Source: Candidatus Iainarchaeum sp. (GTDB taxonomy: Archaea; Iainarchaeota; Iainarchaeia; Iainarchaeales; VGJJ01). From it: 64,000 nt of DNA. A program made the translations under genes and the position numbers. Below, piece by piece: positions 39,906-49,062 of this stretch; the stretch's first letter is position 1; each line of letters begins with the position of its first letter. The stretch covers positions 66,238 to 130,237 of the forward strand of contig JAZDJQ010000012.1 of the NCBI GenBank assembly GCA_043803765.1, written 5' to 3'. The notes beneath the pieces were generated by a model. It saw only the letters and a list, made by a program, of their open reading frames with translations. It did not search any database and was not told the DNA's origin.

Positions 39906-40310
39906 TCATCCTCCGGGGAGGCTCTCCTTGATTTCAGTAATTATGGCTTGGGGCAGTTTTTCTGCAAAAATTTCTTGCATCTCTAAGCACTTGATAGACT
40001 CATTATGATACCCGCAAGTCATGGCAACCAATTCCCCTTTCTTCGCTGCTTCTTCAACTATCTCAGTGGCTTGTTCAATAGTGTAGATATTAGTAGTTTT
40101 CGAGTACGGTATCGCTTCCGTAATACTCATACCTTCAACCTTAAACAATACGGCCGCTTGCACATTACTGTTCTCCGCGCCCCCTCCGAGGAATCGGCTG
40201 GCGAATCCTTGGGGGGTATCTATCAAGCCTCCTAACATGATGCTGGCGATGAAAACAATGAAGAAAATGAGTGCTACTACAATCGTTCGCGAACGGTCAG
40301 CCTTCGGCAT
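39906..40310 (-). CDS. Small N-terminally anchored protein (134 aa), unknown.
   Basis: ORF 4 nt upstream of the Cys-rich gene, so likely an operon. Single N-terminal TM. Confidence 0.45.
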   Translation of the reverse strand: MPKADRSRTIVVALIFFIVFIASIMLGGLIDTPQGFASRFLGGGAENSNVQAAVLFKVEGMSITEAIPYSKTTNIYTIEQATEIVEEAAKKGELVAMTCGYHNESIKCLEMQEIFAEKLPQAIITEIKESLPGG

Positions 40311-40358
40311 GGAGAGCTAGGGATGTTTTGGCGTATAAAAACGTATGGGTTATGCAGA

Positions 40359-40455
40359 CTTTGCCCATAAAGTGAATTTAAAAAAAATTAAACGTGATAG
40401 CGCCCCAACACCCTTTTTTTGGTTCTTTTTTCCAATGCGTTGCAGGCAAAACCCA
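40359..40455 (+). repeat. Copy A of a ~90-bp repeated promoter/leader-like element (CTTTGCCCATAAAGTGAATTT-A8-TTAAACGTG…ACACCCTTTTTTTGGTTCTTTTTTCCAATGCGTTGCAGGCAAA).
   Basis: Near-identical to copy B at 44762..44850 and related to copy C at 43459..43560. Contains a TATA-like TTTAAAAAAAA. Confidence 0.7.
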
Positions 40456-40566
40456 TTATGCAGGTATCTTTAGTCTAAAAGTAATGGCTTGCGGATACGT
40501 GTAAGGGAGCAGGTTTGTCGTTGCCGAGGCCTTCTTTATAAAAACGACAAGTGTTCTTCACAAGGA

Positions 40567-42903
40567 ATGCCTCCTCAACGATTCGCTCAAAAGAAGGAAA
40601 GCGGGAACCGGCTCACTCCCCGTAATGAGAATGCATCTCCTTCTATTGGAAGCCTTTACAAGGATATTCCGGTTTCGAGTGATGCTTTTTTTGCTAAAGA
40701 GGATTTGGCTATTCCTAAAGAGCATGGATTCATTCGTTTCTGTCGGGACATGTACAAGCGTTTTCCGGGGATGGGAAAAGGAGCAGTATTCACGGAAGAG
40801 TATCAGGAAGCGGTTACGTTTTTAGGTTGGAGTTTGCGTCCGGAAGAATTTTCATCCGCAGTAAAAGGAAGCATGGTGTCAATACTACTAATTGGTGGAT
40901 TTCTTTCTGTTTTATTAGGAATTGTTTTTGGAGAAACCATTGGCGCCCTGTTGGGAGTAAGCGGACTTGTTTCCATTGTGTATCTTTTTTTTCCTGTTAT
41001 TGTTATTGCCGTGGTGGTTTCCAATTACATTCAAAAATTTCCCATTGCCGAAGCGCGTAGAGAAAAAATTCGTGCGCTTACATACGTTCCGGACATGATT
41101 GGATACATGATTATGTCCATGAAGCTTGTTCCTAATTTGGAAAAAGCAGTGGAGTTTTCCGCACAGCATGGAAAAGGAAGAATAGCGGAAGAATTTAGAC
41201 GGATCATTTGGAATACGCAATTAGGAGTATATACTACGGTAGCAGAGGGTTTGGATGATTTAGCCTATAAGTGGGGAAAGTTTTCATCCGAGTTCAAGCA
41301 GGCATTGATGAATATTCGCGCGTCGGTGTTGGAAAACACGGAAGCAAAGCGTTACCAATTGCTTGACAAAACAATGGATGATGTGTTGGAAAGTGTGCAA
41401 AATAAAATGGAACAATACGCGAGGGATTTATCTCAACCTTCTACCACATTGTTTTATGTGGGGGTGTTGCTTCCGCTAATACTTATTATTATTCTCCCGG
41501 TTGGAAGCGCGTTCTCGGGTTCTCCTCTTGCCCAGACATGGGTGTTGTTCCTCGTATACGATATTTTTCTTCCCATTTTAGTTATTTGGTTTGGGAATAA
41601 CTTGTTGCAATCCCGTCCTCCCACGTATACTCCTCCTGAGATACCGGATGGTTTTCCCGGGCTTCTTCCAAAAGATACGGTGCGCGTGGGAAAAGGAACA
41701 ATGAATGTATGGGTGGTAGTGGTAGGAATCATGATAGTAGGGGGTTTAACGTCCGGCTACCTGCACTTATTTGGTTTGGGGGTGGGAGAAGTGGATGCTC
41801 CCGGTTCATTGTATGTGCTTGCTCCTGACCATACTCTTCAACGGGTATTAGATGTGGATAGGAAACCGTTAGATTGGTTTGAGGAGAATGGAACACGGGA
41901 GTCTCAGCTCGTAGCACAAGGACTTTCGGTAGAGGAAGCGCGTGTTATTGTAGGAACGGAGAAAACGCGTTTTTTTGCTCAATCGGAAAATGATGTAACG
42001 CCCTATAATCTCATTTTTGGTATTCTGATAACGGTAAGCATGGCGATTGCCGCCTATGTTGGATTAACTCTCGCTGAGAAAAGAAAGATACAGCAGAAAT
42101 ACATGCAGATGGAATCCGAATTCAAGGATAGTTTGTATGTGTTAGCGTCTCGTTTAGGAGAAAACAAGCCGATTGAGGATGCATTGCGTCACGCGCAAAC
42201 GTTTTTGCCTAACAACATTGTTTCGCAGGAAGTGTTTGGTAAGACAGTAGATAATATTCATGTATTGGGAATGCCATTGGAGAGCGCGGTATTTGATCCG
42301 GCGTATGGTAGTTTGCGCAATAATCCTTCGCAAATGATTACGAGTTCAATGAAGATTGCCATTGACTCGGTTAGATTAGGGGTGGGAGTAGCCGCACGCA
42401 CGCTTATTTCTCTTTCACGGCAAATTGGAAATGCGGAAAGAGTAAGTAAAATGCTTACGATTCTCATCAAGGATATTACGGGAACAATGAAGACGGTATC
42501 GGTGTATATCGCCCCAATCGTATTGGGGATAACGACTAGTTTGCAGCGTGTAGTAATTGTTACATTAGTGAGTGTGAGTGCATCCAGTGAAGGAAGCCAA
42601 ACCATTGACCCTAATTTAGGGGCGAATATCCCTGGAGTCGAAAGCTTTGGAAGCACGGATATTGGTTCATTCATTAAAGCAGACGTGATTGCTACTCTTG
42701 CAACGCCGGGAGAATTCTTGTTGATTGTGGCGATTTATGTGATTGAGCTCGTGATTATTATGAATTATTTTGTCACCCTCATTGAGGAAAACAATAAACT
42801 TACCGCGAAACAGAATGCGGCAACCCAGCTCCCCATTGCGATTATATTGTTTGTTATTACGGTGATTGTGTCCAATTCATTAGTAGCAGGAAACTTTGGG
42901 TGA
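40567..42903 (+). CDS. Polytopic membrane protein, putative pilus platform protein of the FlaJ/TadC/PilC (T2SS-F) type.
   Basis: Two cytoplasmic domains carry the T2SSF-like signature: VPDMIGYMIMSMKLVPNLEKAV and FKDSLYVLASRLGENKPIEDAL. Each is followed by a TM bundle. Sits next to the secretion ATPase and pilin genes. Start is uncertain; the ORF track begins at a TTG at 40489. Confidence 0.5.
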   Translation: MPPQRFAQKKESGNRLTPRNENASPSIGSLYKDIPVSSDAFFAKEDLAIPKEHGFIRFCRDMYKRFPGMGKGAVFTEEYQEAVTFLGWSLRPEEFSSAVKGSMVSILLIGGFLSVLLGIVFGETIGALLGVSGLVSIVYLFFPVIVIAVVVSNYIQKFPIAEARREKIRALTYVPDMIGYMIMSMKLVPNLEKAVEFSAQHGKGRIAEEFRRIIWNTQLGVYTTVAEGLDDLAYKWGKFSSEFKQALMNIRASVLENTEAKRYQLLDKTMDDVLESVQNKMEQYARDLSQPSTTLFYVGVLLPLILIIILPVGSAFSGSPLAQTWVLFLVYDIFLPILVIWFGNNLLQSRPPTYTPPEIPDGFPGLLPKDTVRVGKGTMNVWVVVVGIMIVGGLTSGYLHLFGLGVGEVDAPGSLYVLAPDHTLQRVLDVDRKPLDWFEENGTRESQLVAQGLSVEEARVIVGTEKTRFFAQSENDVTPYNLIFGILITVSMAIAAYVGLTLAEKRKIQQKYMQMESEFKDSLYVLASRLGENKPIEDALRHAQTFLPNNIVSQEVFGKTVDNIHVLGMPLESAVFDPAYGSLRNNPSQMITSSMKIAIDSVRLGVGVAARTLISLSRQIGNAERVSKMLTILIKDITGTMKTVSVYIAPIVLGITTSLQRVVIVTLVSVSASSEGSQTIDPNLGANIPGVESFGSTDIGSFIKADVIATLATPGEFLLIVAIYVIELVIIMNYFVTLIEENNKLTAKQNAATQLPIAIILFVITVIVSNSLVAGNFG

Positions 42904-42960
42904 ATGGAAAGAAAAAGAGGAGAATGCGCTGTGCGAAAATTTTATCCAATTAGAAAAAAA

Positions 42961-43434
42961 ATGAATAACAAAGGACAGGCGTTTGAGGCCTACCGTGTTC
43001 TCATTGCGATGGTTATTTCTCTTGCCATCCTTACCATTATTCTTTCCGCGGTAACGTATTTTGACACGTTGCGTGAAAAAGTAAGCATTGATACATTGTA
43101 TTCCTCGTGGAAGAGTGCGGTTGATTCTCCTAATGGAAAAGTCGTGTTGGCTAAGGACTTGTATTTTACCTCTCAAACCACTTTTGGCAAACGCCAGTTT
43201 GCATTACAAGCGGGGTTGGATGAGGCCTGCATTGGTTTTGATGCGGAAAAGGCGGCCGGATTCATTTTGAATGATGCTAATCCCGATAAGCCGGTTGTGA
43301 CGTTAACGCGCGGAGTAGTAGGAAACGTGTACATGGAGTGCCAGACTGAAAACTTCCTCCTTGAGCCGGCTCCCCCTGATTGTTATGCGTACTGCCTGAT
43401 TTCTTTTGGAAAGCTCATTGCCGGACCTATCTAA
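42961..43434 (+). CDS. Archaeal type IV pilin-like protein with a class III signal peptide.
   Basis: MNNKGQAFEAYRVLIAMVISLAILTIILSAV has the KGQ prepilin-peptidase site followed by a hydrophobic helix. Confidence 0.7.
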   Translation: MNNKGQAFEAYRVLIAMVISLAILTIILSAVTYFDTLREKVSIDTLYSSWKSAVDSPNGKVVLAKDLYFTSQTTFGKRQFALQAGLDEACIGFDAEKAAGFILNDANPDKPVVTLTRGVVGNVYMECQTENFLLEPAPPDCYAYCLISFGKLIAGPI

Positions 43435-43458
43435 TCAAGGGATGCTGGCATAAACAGG

Positions 43459-43560
43459 CTTTGCCCATATGTGAATAAAAAAAATTAATGGGATATTTGG
43501 GCATCCCGCCATTGTTTTAGTTATTTTGTCCATACTTTACAGGCAAGCCGGGCAAACGTG
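43459..43560 (+). repeat. Copy C, a diverged copy of the promoter/leader-like element, upstream of pilin gene 43611.
   Basis: CTTTGCCCATATGTGAATAAAAAAAATTAA … TTTTAGTTATTTTGTCCATACTTTACAGGCAAGCCGG aligns with copies A and B with indels. Confidence 0.5.
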
Positions 43561-43610
43561 AACCTTTTTATAGACCCAGACTCTCGTTAAACGCTATAGG
43601 TGATGCATGC

Positions 43611-44132
43611 ATGAATACTCGAGGACAGGCCTTTTCCACATTCCAGTTGCTTATTGCCGCAGTAGTAGCGTTGGCAATACTAGTATTATTGTTGAATATT
43701 ATTGGTAGTCTCCCTAATTTGGGTGGGCAGAAACCCAACAAGGTAGCATCGGATTTGGTTGCAAGTCAAGTGAATGCTCCTTCTGAATTGCGTACGAGCA
43801 ACTCGGTTACGTTTACTCGGGAGGATTCCCTCAATGCTCAGGCGATTGCATCCGCTTCTCAAGTAGTAACACAGGGACAATTATGCTTGTCGTTGGGTGA
43901 TTTTCCTGAAGATGGGGATTTTACTACGAATGATAGCGGGAATATTATCAAGTATGCCGGCTCGTCCAATTTGCGCGTGCGGTTATCCGTTATTTGCGAC
44001 ACGGGAACCGAATTAATAGATGATTTGACTGATAATGGAATTGTGGATGATTGGACATCCAGTAATTCGGCATGCGGTGATGTCACCAGTTTGAGTCAAA
44101 CCGCGTGTATTGTTGCACTCCGCTTTGCGTAG
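43611..44132 (+). CDS. Archaeal type IV pilin-like protein with a class III signal peptide.
   Basis: MNTRGQAFSTFQLLIAAVVALAILVLLLNIIG is paralogous in its N-terminus to 42961..43434. Confidence 0.7.
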   Translation: MNTRGQAFSTFQLLIAAVVALAILVLLLNIIGSLPNLGGQKPNKVASDLVASQVNAPSELRTSNSVTFTREDSLNAQAIASASQVVTQGQLCLSLGDFPEDGDFTTNDSGNIIKYAGSSNLRVRLSVICDTGTELIDDLTDNGIVDDWTSSNSACGDVTSLSQTACIVALRFA

Positions 44133-44146
44133 GATTGAGAGAGGGT

Positions 44147-44314
44147 ATGATTTCCATCTGGAATGAAACAAGAGCGCAAGGGGAATTCAATTCCCTGTAT
44201 ATGATTCTAGTCCTAATTATTGCCGCATTGTTGCTCATTACGGTCGTGAAGCCCATGTTTCGCCAGTCACAGCAATTAGGAAGCAAGGTTCCTGTGGTAG
44301 GCGCAAGCAGTTAG
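44147..44314 (+). CDS. Possible small pilin-like protein (55 aa).
   Basis: MISIWNETRAQGEFNSLYMILVLIIAALLLITVV is a class-III-like N-terminus. Lies directly downstream of the pilin genes. Short and speculative. Confidence 0.3.
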   Translation: MISIWNETRAQGEFNSLYMILVLIIAALLLITVVKPMFRQSQQLGSKVPVVGASS

Positions 44315-44353
44315 GAACAACAGACGAATTCATTATAAAAAAAATAAAAAGGC

Positions 44354-44374
44354 GGGACATTTTATTCCTGTCCC
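44354..44374. terminator. Hairpin (GGGACA-N9-TGTCCC) followed by a T-rich tract. Terminator-like, downstream of the pilin cluster.
   Basis: Perfect 6-bp inverted repeat, then TTTCCTTAT. Confidence 0.35.
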
Positions 44375-44410
44375 TTTCCTTATACTATTATTCGATGTGT
44401 AACATCACAT

Positions 44411-44668
44411 TTAGTAGTACGTGTTGCAGCATGTCTTGTTTGACCACACCTTTCCATACCAGATGAGGGCAATTCCCACAACATACCATAATGCGACCCA
44501 CCAGTCGAATGTTCTACCAGTCACATTGAATTGGGTTACAAATCCTCCAATCAGGAACCAGAGACCTAATGCTTTTAACACAACGGAAATAATAGCAGAT
44601 GTCCAATCGATCCCCATTCCTCCCATCATGTCCATTTCCATTAATTTGCTTGTTTTTGCTCGCGCCAT
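44411..44668 (-). CDS. Small membrane protein (85 aa), hypothetical.
   Basis: ORF with two hydrophobic helices. Confidence 0.35.
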   Translation of the reverse strand: MARAKTSKLMEMDMMGGMGIDWTSAIISVVLKALGLWFLIGGFVTQFNVTGRTFDWWVALWYVVGIALIWYGKVWSNKTCCNTYY

Positions 44669-44761
44669 ACTTGAGTATTCCTCCTTTTCACCAATTGGCG
44701 GTTTATGGAGTGAGGCAACCGTTTCGGGTTTATTAAGGAAACGGATTTTCCAGATTTTCCA

Positions 44762-44850
44762 ATAAAGTGAATTTAAAAAAAATAAACGTGGAATTGGGCT
44801 AACACCCTTTTTTTGGTTCTTTTTTCCAATGCATTGCAGGCAAAGCCGGT
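44762..44850 (+). repeat. Copy B of the ~90-bp promoter/leader-like element. Orphan: no plus-strand gene lies downstream.
   Basis: Matches copy A except a 1-nt indel, a 10-bp variable core and a G/A change. Lies between two minus-strand genes. Confidence 0.7.
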
Positions 44851-44874
44851 TTTTTCTCTGGAGAAAAAAAGTAT

Positions 44875-45330
44875 TTATTTTTCTTGGAATGCCCCAAGAT
44901 AGTGCAATGTAAAAAATAATAGTAAAATGCTCCCCGCGTTCAACCAGATCGTATATTCATATAGAAAAGTGAGTGCGCTCACGGGGAGGAATAATGCTCC
45001 TAATGAAGCACAGGCAGGACACTGTGCTACAAGGAATATGCTTAATGCGCCAATACCTCCAATACTGCGACCCTTTGTTTTTTTAGCTGGAGTGCACACG
45101 GCAGGGGAACGCCATAAATAGGTTTGATAGGCAAAAGTAATCCCGAATAGTGCGAGAAAAATAACCAGTAGGATTGCATTAATGAGTGGAGTGTTCGCCA
45201 CCCACACGTGAATATTGTTTAGGTTTCCCAATACTTGCGTGTACAAATATAGTAAAAAAAAGAATATTGCGGAGAAAAATGCAATAATAGGATAGGAACG
45301 ATTTTCTTTGAAAACGAGAAGGAGGCGCAT
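44875..45330 (-). CDS. Membrane protein (151 aa) with a CPAC motif, possibly a thiol-disulfide oxidoreductase-like membrane protein.
   Basis: Four hydrophobic segments. CPAC faces a loop. Confidence 0.45.
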   Translation of the reverse strand: MRLLLVFKENRSYPIIAFFSAIFFFLLYLYTQVLGNLNNIHVWVANTPLINAILLVIFLALFGITFAYQTYLWRSPAVCTPAKKTKGRSIGGIGALSIFLVAQCPACASLGALFLPVSALTFLYEYTIWLNAGSILLLFFTLHYLGAFQEK

Positions 45331-45569
45331 CCAATGAAGCGAAACACGAACATTGTTTTAAGGATTGTCCTCATGGGACGGTAAACGCCCACATTACCCC
45401 TTCAATCTAAACTAAGTTGAGCGGGTTGATAATGGTATTATTGGGTGAGTGTTTCAACCAGTGCAATTTGATGGTATTTTTCTAGCTTCTTGGCCAAGGA
45501 TGAAAAATCATTTTTAATGCGTAAGACAAATTGGCTCATTCCTGTGTTTCGTAATGTAGAGAAGGAGGG

Positions 45570-46034
45570 TCATTCTAATTTTATTTCAAATACTTTTTCC
45601 CACTCTTCGTATTCTTTCTTGTTCATCTCCCTATATGCAAGTTTGTCGATTGCCTTTCCAATGAGTTCCATTCTTTCCCGTATGACGCTTCGTTCTTCAT
45701 TCACTTTTCTACATGTGATAAAATTTTTCATCAATCGTTCATATTCCTTGGAAAGGGCTTTGTAAACAGGATCGTTTAACGTGGCTTTATCTCGCATTAA
45801 TTGTCCTAGACCGGAGGGACGATAATCAGTATGCGGGGGGCGTTTTTCTGGGCGCATTTCTTTCATTTTACGTTGACTTACAAACAACTCAATCTTTCGT
45901 AACATGTCTCTTGTTTCCCATAATTTGAAACGTTCTTCTTCTCTAATTACTTCAATGGTTCGTCTTCGATTCTTTGCAGAAAGAACTTTTTTAGCTAATC
46001 GCTTAAAGGGAGAGGCCTGCGGTTTTCCAACCAT
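45570..46034 (-). CDS. Hypothetical basic coiled-coil protein (154 aa).
   Basis: ORF. Lys/Arg/Glu-rich. No motif recognised. Confidence 0.45.
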   Translation of the reverse strand: MVGKPQASPFKRLAKKVLSAKNRRRTIEVIREEERFKLWETRDMLRKIELFVSQRKMKEMRPEKRPPHTDYRPSGLGQLMRDKATLNDPVYKALSKEYERLMKNFITCRKVNEERSVIRERMELIGKAIDKLAYREMNKKEYEEWEKVFEIKLE

Positions 46035-46211
46035 AAGTCTCTAAACGTTCTTGTATTTTTTAATGTTCCGTCTTGCCGATGTAACACTCGCTGGTATTGG
46101 TGTGAAAAGTTGTATAGGGTATCTTCATCTTTTTAGTGTTGGTGCATTTCATAATTCATACGTGTTTACCTATCCTAAAAAGAAATAGGGGGCGTTGAAC
46201 CCAGCACCTTA

Positions 46212-46283
46212 CGCCCACTGCGGGAATCGAACCCGCGCCTCCACCGTGACAGGGTGGAATCCTAACCGCTAGACGAAGTGGGC
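46212..46283 (-). tRNA. tRNA-Asp: tRNA-Asp (anticodon GTC), 72 nt, CCA not encoded.
   Basis: Hand-folded. Acceptor stem GCCCACT/AGTGGGC. Anticodon stem CCACC/GGTGG with loop CTGTCAC. T-stem GCGGG/CCCGC with loop TTCGATT. Discriminator G. Confidence 0.85.
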
Positions 46284-46336
46284 ATCCGCAAACGTATTTC
46301 GCGTGAAAAAGCATTAAAAACACGCCGTCCAGCCCG

Positions 46337-46801
46337 CTAGTTTCCAAGTGCCTGAATCACTTCTTCCGCGTGCCCTTCCGGTGAGACGCGGGGAAAGACT
46401 TTCATTATTTTTCCATCTTCATCGATGATAAATGTTGAACGGATGATTCCCATGAATTTTTTACCATAGAGTGATTTTTCACCCCATGCCCCGTACTTTT
46501 CTAACACGATACATTGGGGGTCGGAAAGGATGGGGAAATTTAATTGGTATTTTTCAGTAAACCGTTGATGACTTTTTTCATCGTCTTTTGAAATCCCGAA
46601 AACCAATGCTCCTTTTCGTTTTACTCGTTCTAAGTTATCCCGAAACTCACATGCTTCTTTAGTACAGCCGGGCGTGTCATCCTTGGGATAGAAATACAAC
46701 ACTATTTTTTTCCCCTTGAAATGGGAAAGAGTAACATTATTTCCATTCGTATCCTTCAATGTAAAATCGGGTGCTTTTGTTCCTTCTTTTGGCATCGGCA
46801 T
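46337..46801 (-). CDS. bcp: Peroxiredoxin of the Bcp type (AhpC/TSA family thiol peroxidase).
   Basis: APDFTLKD…[26 protein letters not shown] is the canonical Bcp active-site region. Confidence 0.9.
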   Translation of the reverse strand: MPMPKEGTKAPDFTLKDTNGNNVTLSHFKGKKIVLYFYPKDDTPGCTKEACEFRDNLERVKRKGALVFGISKDDEKSHQRFTEKYQLNFPILSDPQCIVLEKYGAWGEKSLYGKKFMGIIRSTFIIDEDGKIMKVFPRVSPEGHAEEVIQALGN

Positions 46802-46870
46802 TTTAGTCCACTATCCCATCGTTTTCTTTTTTGACTGCGAACTACTTTTTTCTTTTGCAAAAAAAAAAGC

Positions 46871-47278
46871 TCAGCTCCAGCTCTTCCCGCACCCGCAAAC
46901 CGAATGCGTATTGGGGTTCCGCAGTTTGAATCCGGTTCCCTGTGGTGATTCCATAAAATCAATCACGCTTCCCCGTAATAACGATTCGGATTCCTTATCA
47001 ATATACAATGTAATTCCATTGGATTCTATTTTCATGTCATCTTCCTCTTTCCGATTGTTCAACGTGATGGAGTACGTGTACCCGCAACACCCACCGGATA
47101 CTACCCGCACGCGCAGTCCAATGTTTTCTTCCCCTTTCTTCAGAATGAATTCCTTTATTTTAACAGCAGCCTTCATGGTGAGGGAAATCGTTTTCTCATT
47201 AATTTCTTTCTTCTCCATCTTTTCAGCCCAAACGGTTCCGCTCGCGTTGCATGTATCCTCCATATCCTTTTCCTCCAA
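46871..47278 (-). CDS. HesB/IscA-family iron-sulfur cluster insertion protein.
   Basis: GLRVRVVSGGCCGYTY…GFKLRNPNTHSVCGCGKSW. These are the conserved Cys ligands of the IscA/SufA/ErpA family. Confidence 0.85.
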   Translation of the reverse strand: MEEKDMEDTCNASGTVWAEKMEKKEINEKTISLTMKAAVKIKEFILKKGEENIGLRVRVVSGGCCGYTYSITLNNRKEEDDMKIESNGITLYIDKESESLLRGSVIDFMESPQGTGFKLRNPNTHSVCGCGKSWS

Positions 47279-47390
47279 TCATAATCAACAATTACTATTC
47301 CGTTCCACGTAATCCAAAAAAAAATTATGGAATTCTAAAAAAAAAAAGAAAAATGGGATTGTTGATTAAACGCCCCCATTTCATTCATTG

Positions 47391-47681
47391 TTATTTGCTT
47401 GACAAGTTGTTTTTCTTGACGTATTCCCAAATCTTTTTGGTCATCATGGAAGGTGCGATGGGCTTGCTTCCCATAATACTTTCAATCGTATCCTTTTTAC
47501 CGGAAAAACTGATGCTGTAGCCACCGAAGGCGGGTTTCTTTCCTAGCATAATCTCCTCATTACTCCCTTGCGCGGTTCGCGCAAACTCGTTAATGCCAAC
47601 CAAACCCAGAAGCCTTTTTAATGCTCGCGCCTCAAAAACGGGATTTTCCCTTAGGAAAAAATCATTTCTCCTTTCCCGCAC
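47391..47681 (-). CDS. Small hypothetical ORF with a SWIB-like KKIWEYVKKNNL motif that appears truncated.
   Basis: ORF only. The motif resembles the SWIB helix but the domain does not continue in any frame. Confidence 0.25.
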   Translation of the reverse strand: MRERRNDFFLRENPVFEARALKRLLGLVGINEFARTAQGSNEEIMLGKKPAFGGYSISFSGKKDTIESIMGSKPIAPSMMTKKIWEYVKKNNLSSK

Positions 47682-47715
47682 TCATTTTTAAGGGTGTTTT
47701 GACTTGGGAGTAGGT

Positions 47716-49038
47716 ATGGAAAAATTCCATGATGTTGGTTCTTTTCTCTCGCAGTATGGCTTATCGAATGGTTCTCGTGTTCGTGTGAATTGGAAAGACC
47801 AAACGTTAAATGGATTAATTATTCCCCAATCTAAAGTAGGAGATGTGCTCACGTTGAAATTAGATAGCGGGTATAATGTTGGATTGCGTCTGGTGCACAT
47901 TCGTGATGTAGAGAAGATAGGAGAAGCCATTCCGTGTGAGTCGGTTCCCAATCCTCGTATTGAGGAAAAGCATCATTCTTCTACTAGGCCCGGATTTGTA
48001 TTGATTGGAGTGGGCGGAACGATTGCAAGTAAAGTGAATTATGAAACGGGCGGGGTTATTGCTAGAATGACTCCTGATGAATTATCTGGAATGGTTCCGG
48101 AGATTAATGATTTTTCTCATATTGTGAGGATTCGTTCTCCTTTTACTAAGATGAGTGAGGACTTGCTTCCTGAGGATTGGATTAGTATTGCTAAGATTTG
48201 TCATGAGGAATTAAACAAGAGTGATGTGGAAGGAATTATTCTTACGCATGGGACGGACACGTTGCATTATACGGCGGCTGCTCTTTCATTCATGTTGCAG
48301 GATGTTTCGAAACCGATTGTATTGGTTGGGTCGCAGCGTTCGAGTGACCGTGGAAGCAGTGATGCGGTAATGAATCTTGTGTGTGCGGCACGAGTTGCTA
48401 TTAGTGATATCGCCGAAGTTGGGATTTGCATGCATGGAACAACGTCGGATGATTATTGTTTGTTTAACAAAGGAACCCATGTGAGAAAAATGCATACAAC
48501 CCGTCGAGATGCTTTCCGTCCGATTAACCGGGTGCCTATTGCTCGTGTTTGGAGTGATGGAAAAATAGAGAAACTGAGCCCTCATGTCCACCGCACGAGT
48601 AAGCCGGTGGTGTTGGATGCCGTTTTTGAGGAAAAAGTTGCCCTTGTTAAAATGCATCCCGGATTAACACCGGATGTTTTTCACTTTTATGCGGATAAAG
48701 GATACAAGGGAGTAGTGATTGAGGCAACAGGATTAGGGCATGTTCATACAACACGTATTATTCCTGTGGTTAAGGCATTGACCGAGAAGGGAATATTTGT
48801 TTTTATCACATCTCAAACGATTTATGGGAGGGTTGATTTGAACGTATATACTAATCTTCGTCTCCTTCAGAATGCGGGAGCAATAGGATTAGGGGACATG
48901 ACGACGGAAACTGCTTTTGTTAAACTGGGTTGGGTTCTTGCGCATACGCAGGATAGGAAAAAAGTCATTGAGCGGATGACCCAGTCGATAGTGGGAGAGA
49001 TAACCGAGTACAGTGACCCTTCTACTTTCCTGTATTGA
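47716..49038 (+). CDS. gatD: Glutamyl-tRNA(Gln) amidotransferase subunit D (GatD), an archaeal asparaginase-family protein.
   Basis: N-terminal domain VGDVLTLKLDSGYNVGLRLVHI. Asparaginase motifs GVGGTIASK and ILTHGTDTLHYTAAAL. Length about 440 aa. Confidence 0.8.
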   Translation: MEKFHDVGSFLSQYGLSNGSRVRVNWKDQTLNGLIIPQSKVGDVLTLKLDSGYNVGLRLVHIRDVEKIGEAIPCESVPNPRIEEKHHSSTRPGFVLIGVGGTIASKVNYETGGVIARMTPDELSGMVPEINDFSHIVRIRSPFTKMSEDLLPEDWISIAKICHEELNKSDVEGIILTHGTDTLHYTAAALSFMLQDVSKPIVLVGSQRSSDRGSSDAVMNLVCAARVAISDIAEVGICMHGTTSDDYCLFNKGTHVRKMHTTRRDAFRPINRVPIARVWSDGKIEKLSPHVHRTSKPVVLDAVFEEKVALVKMHPGLTPDVFHFYADKGYKGVVIEATGLGHVHTTRIIPVVKALTEKGIFVFITSQTIYGRVDLNVYTNLRLLQNAGAIGLGDMTTETAFVKLGWVLAHTQDRKKVIERMTQSIVGEITEYSDPSTFLY

Positions 49039-49062
49039 TTTTTATAGGGATAATACATCCCT

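Noticed and set aside
46716-47312. 198-aa plus-strand ORF.
   Set aside because: Overlaps and is antisense to the clearly recognisable Bcp and IscA genes.
47391-47681. Possible SWIB/MDM2-domain protein.
   Set aside because: Only the KKIWEYVKKNNL helix resembles SWIB. The domain does not continue in any frame after the stop. Kept only as a low-confidence hypothetical ORF.
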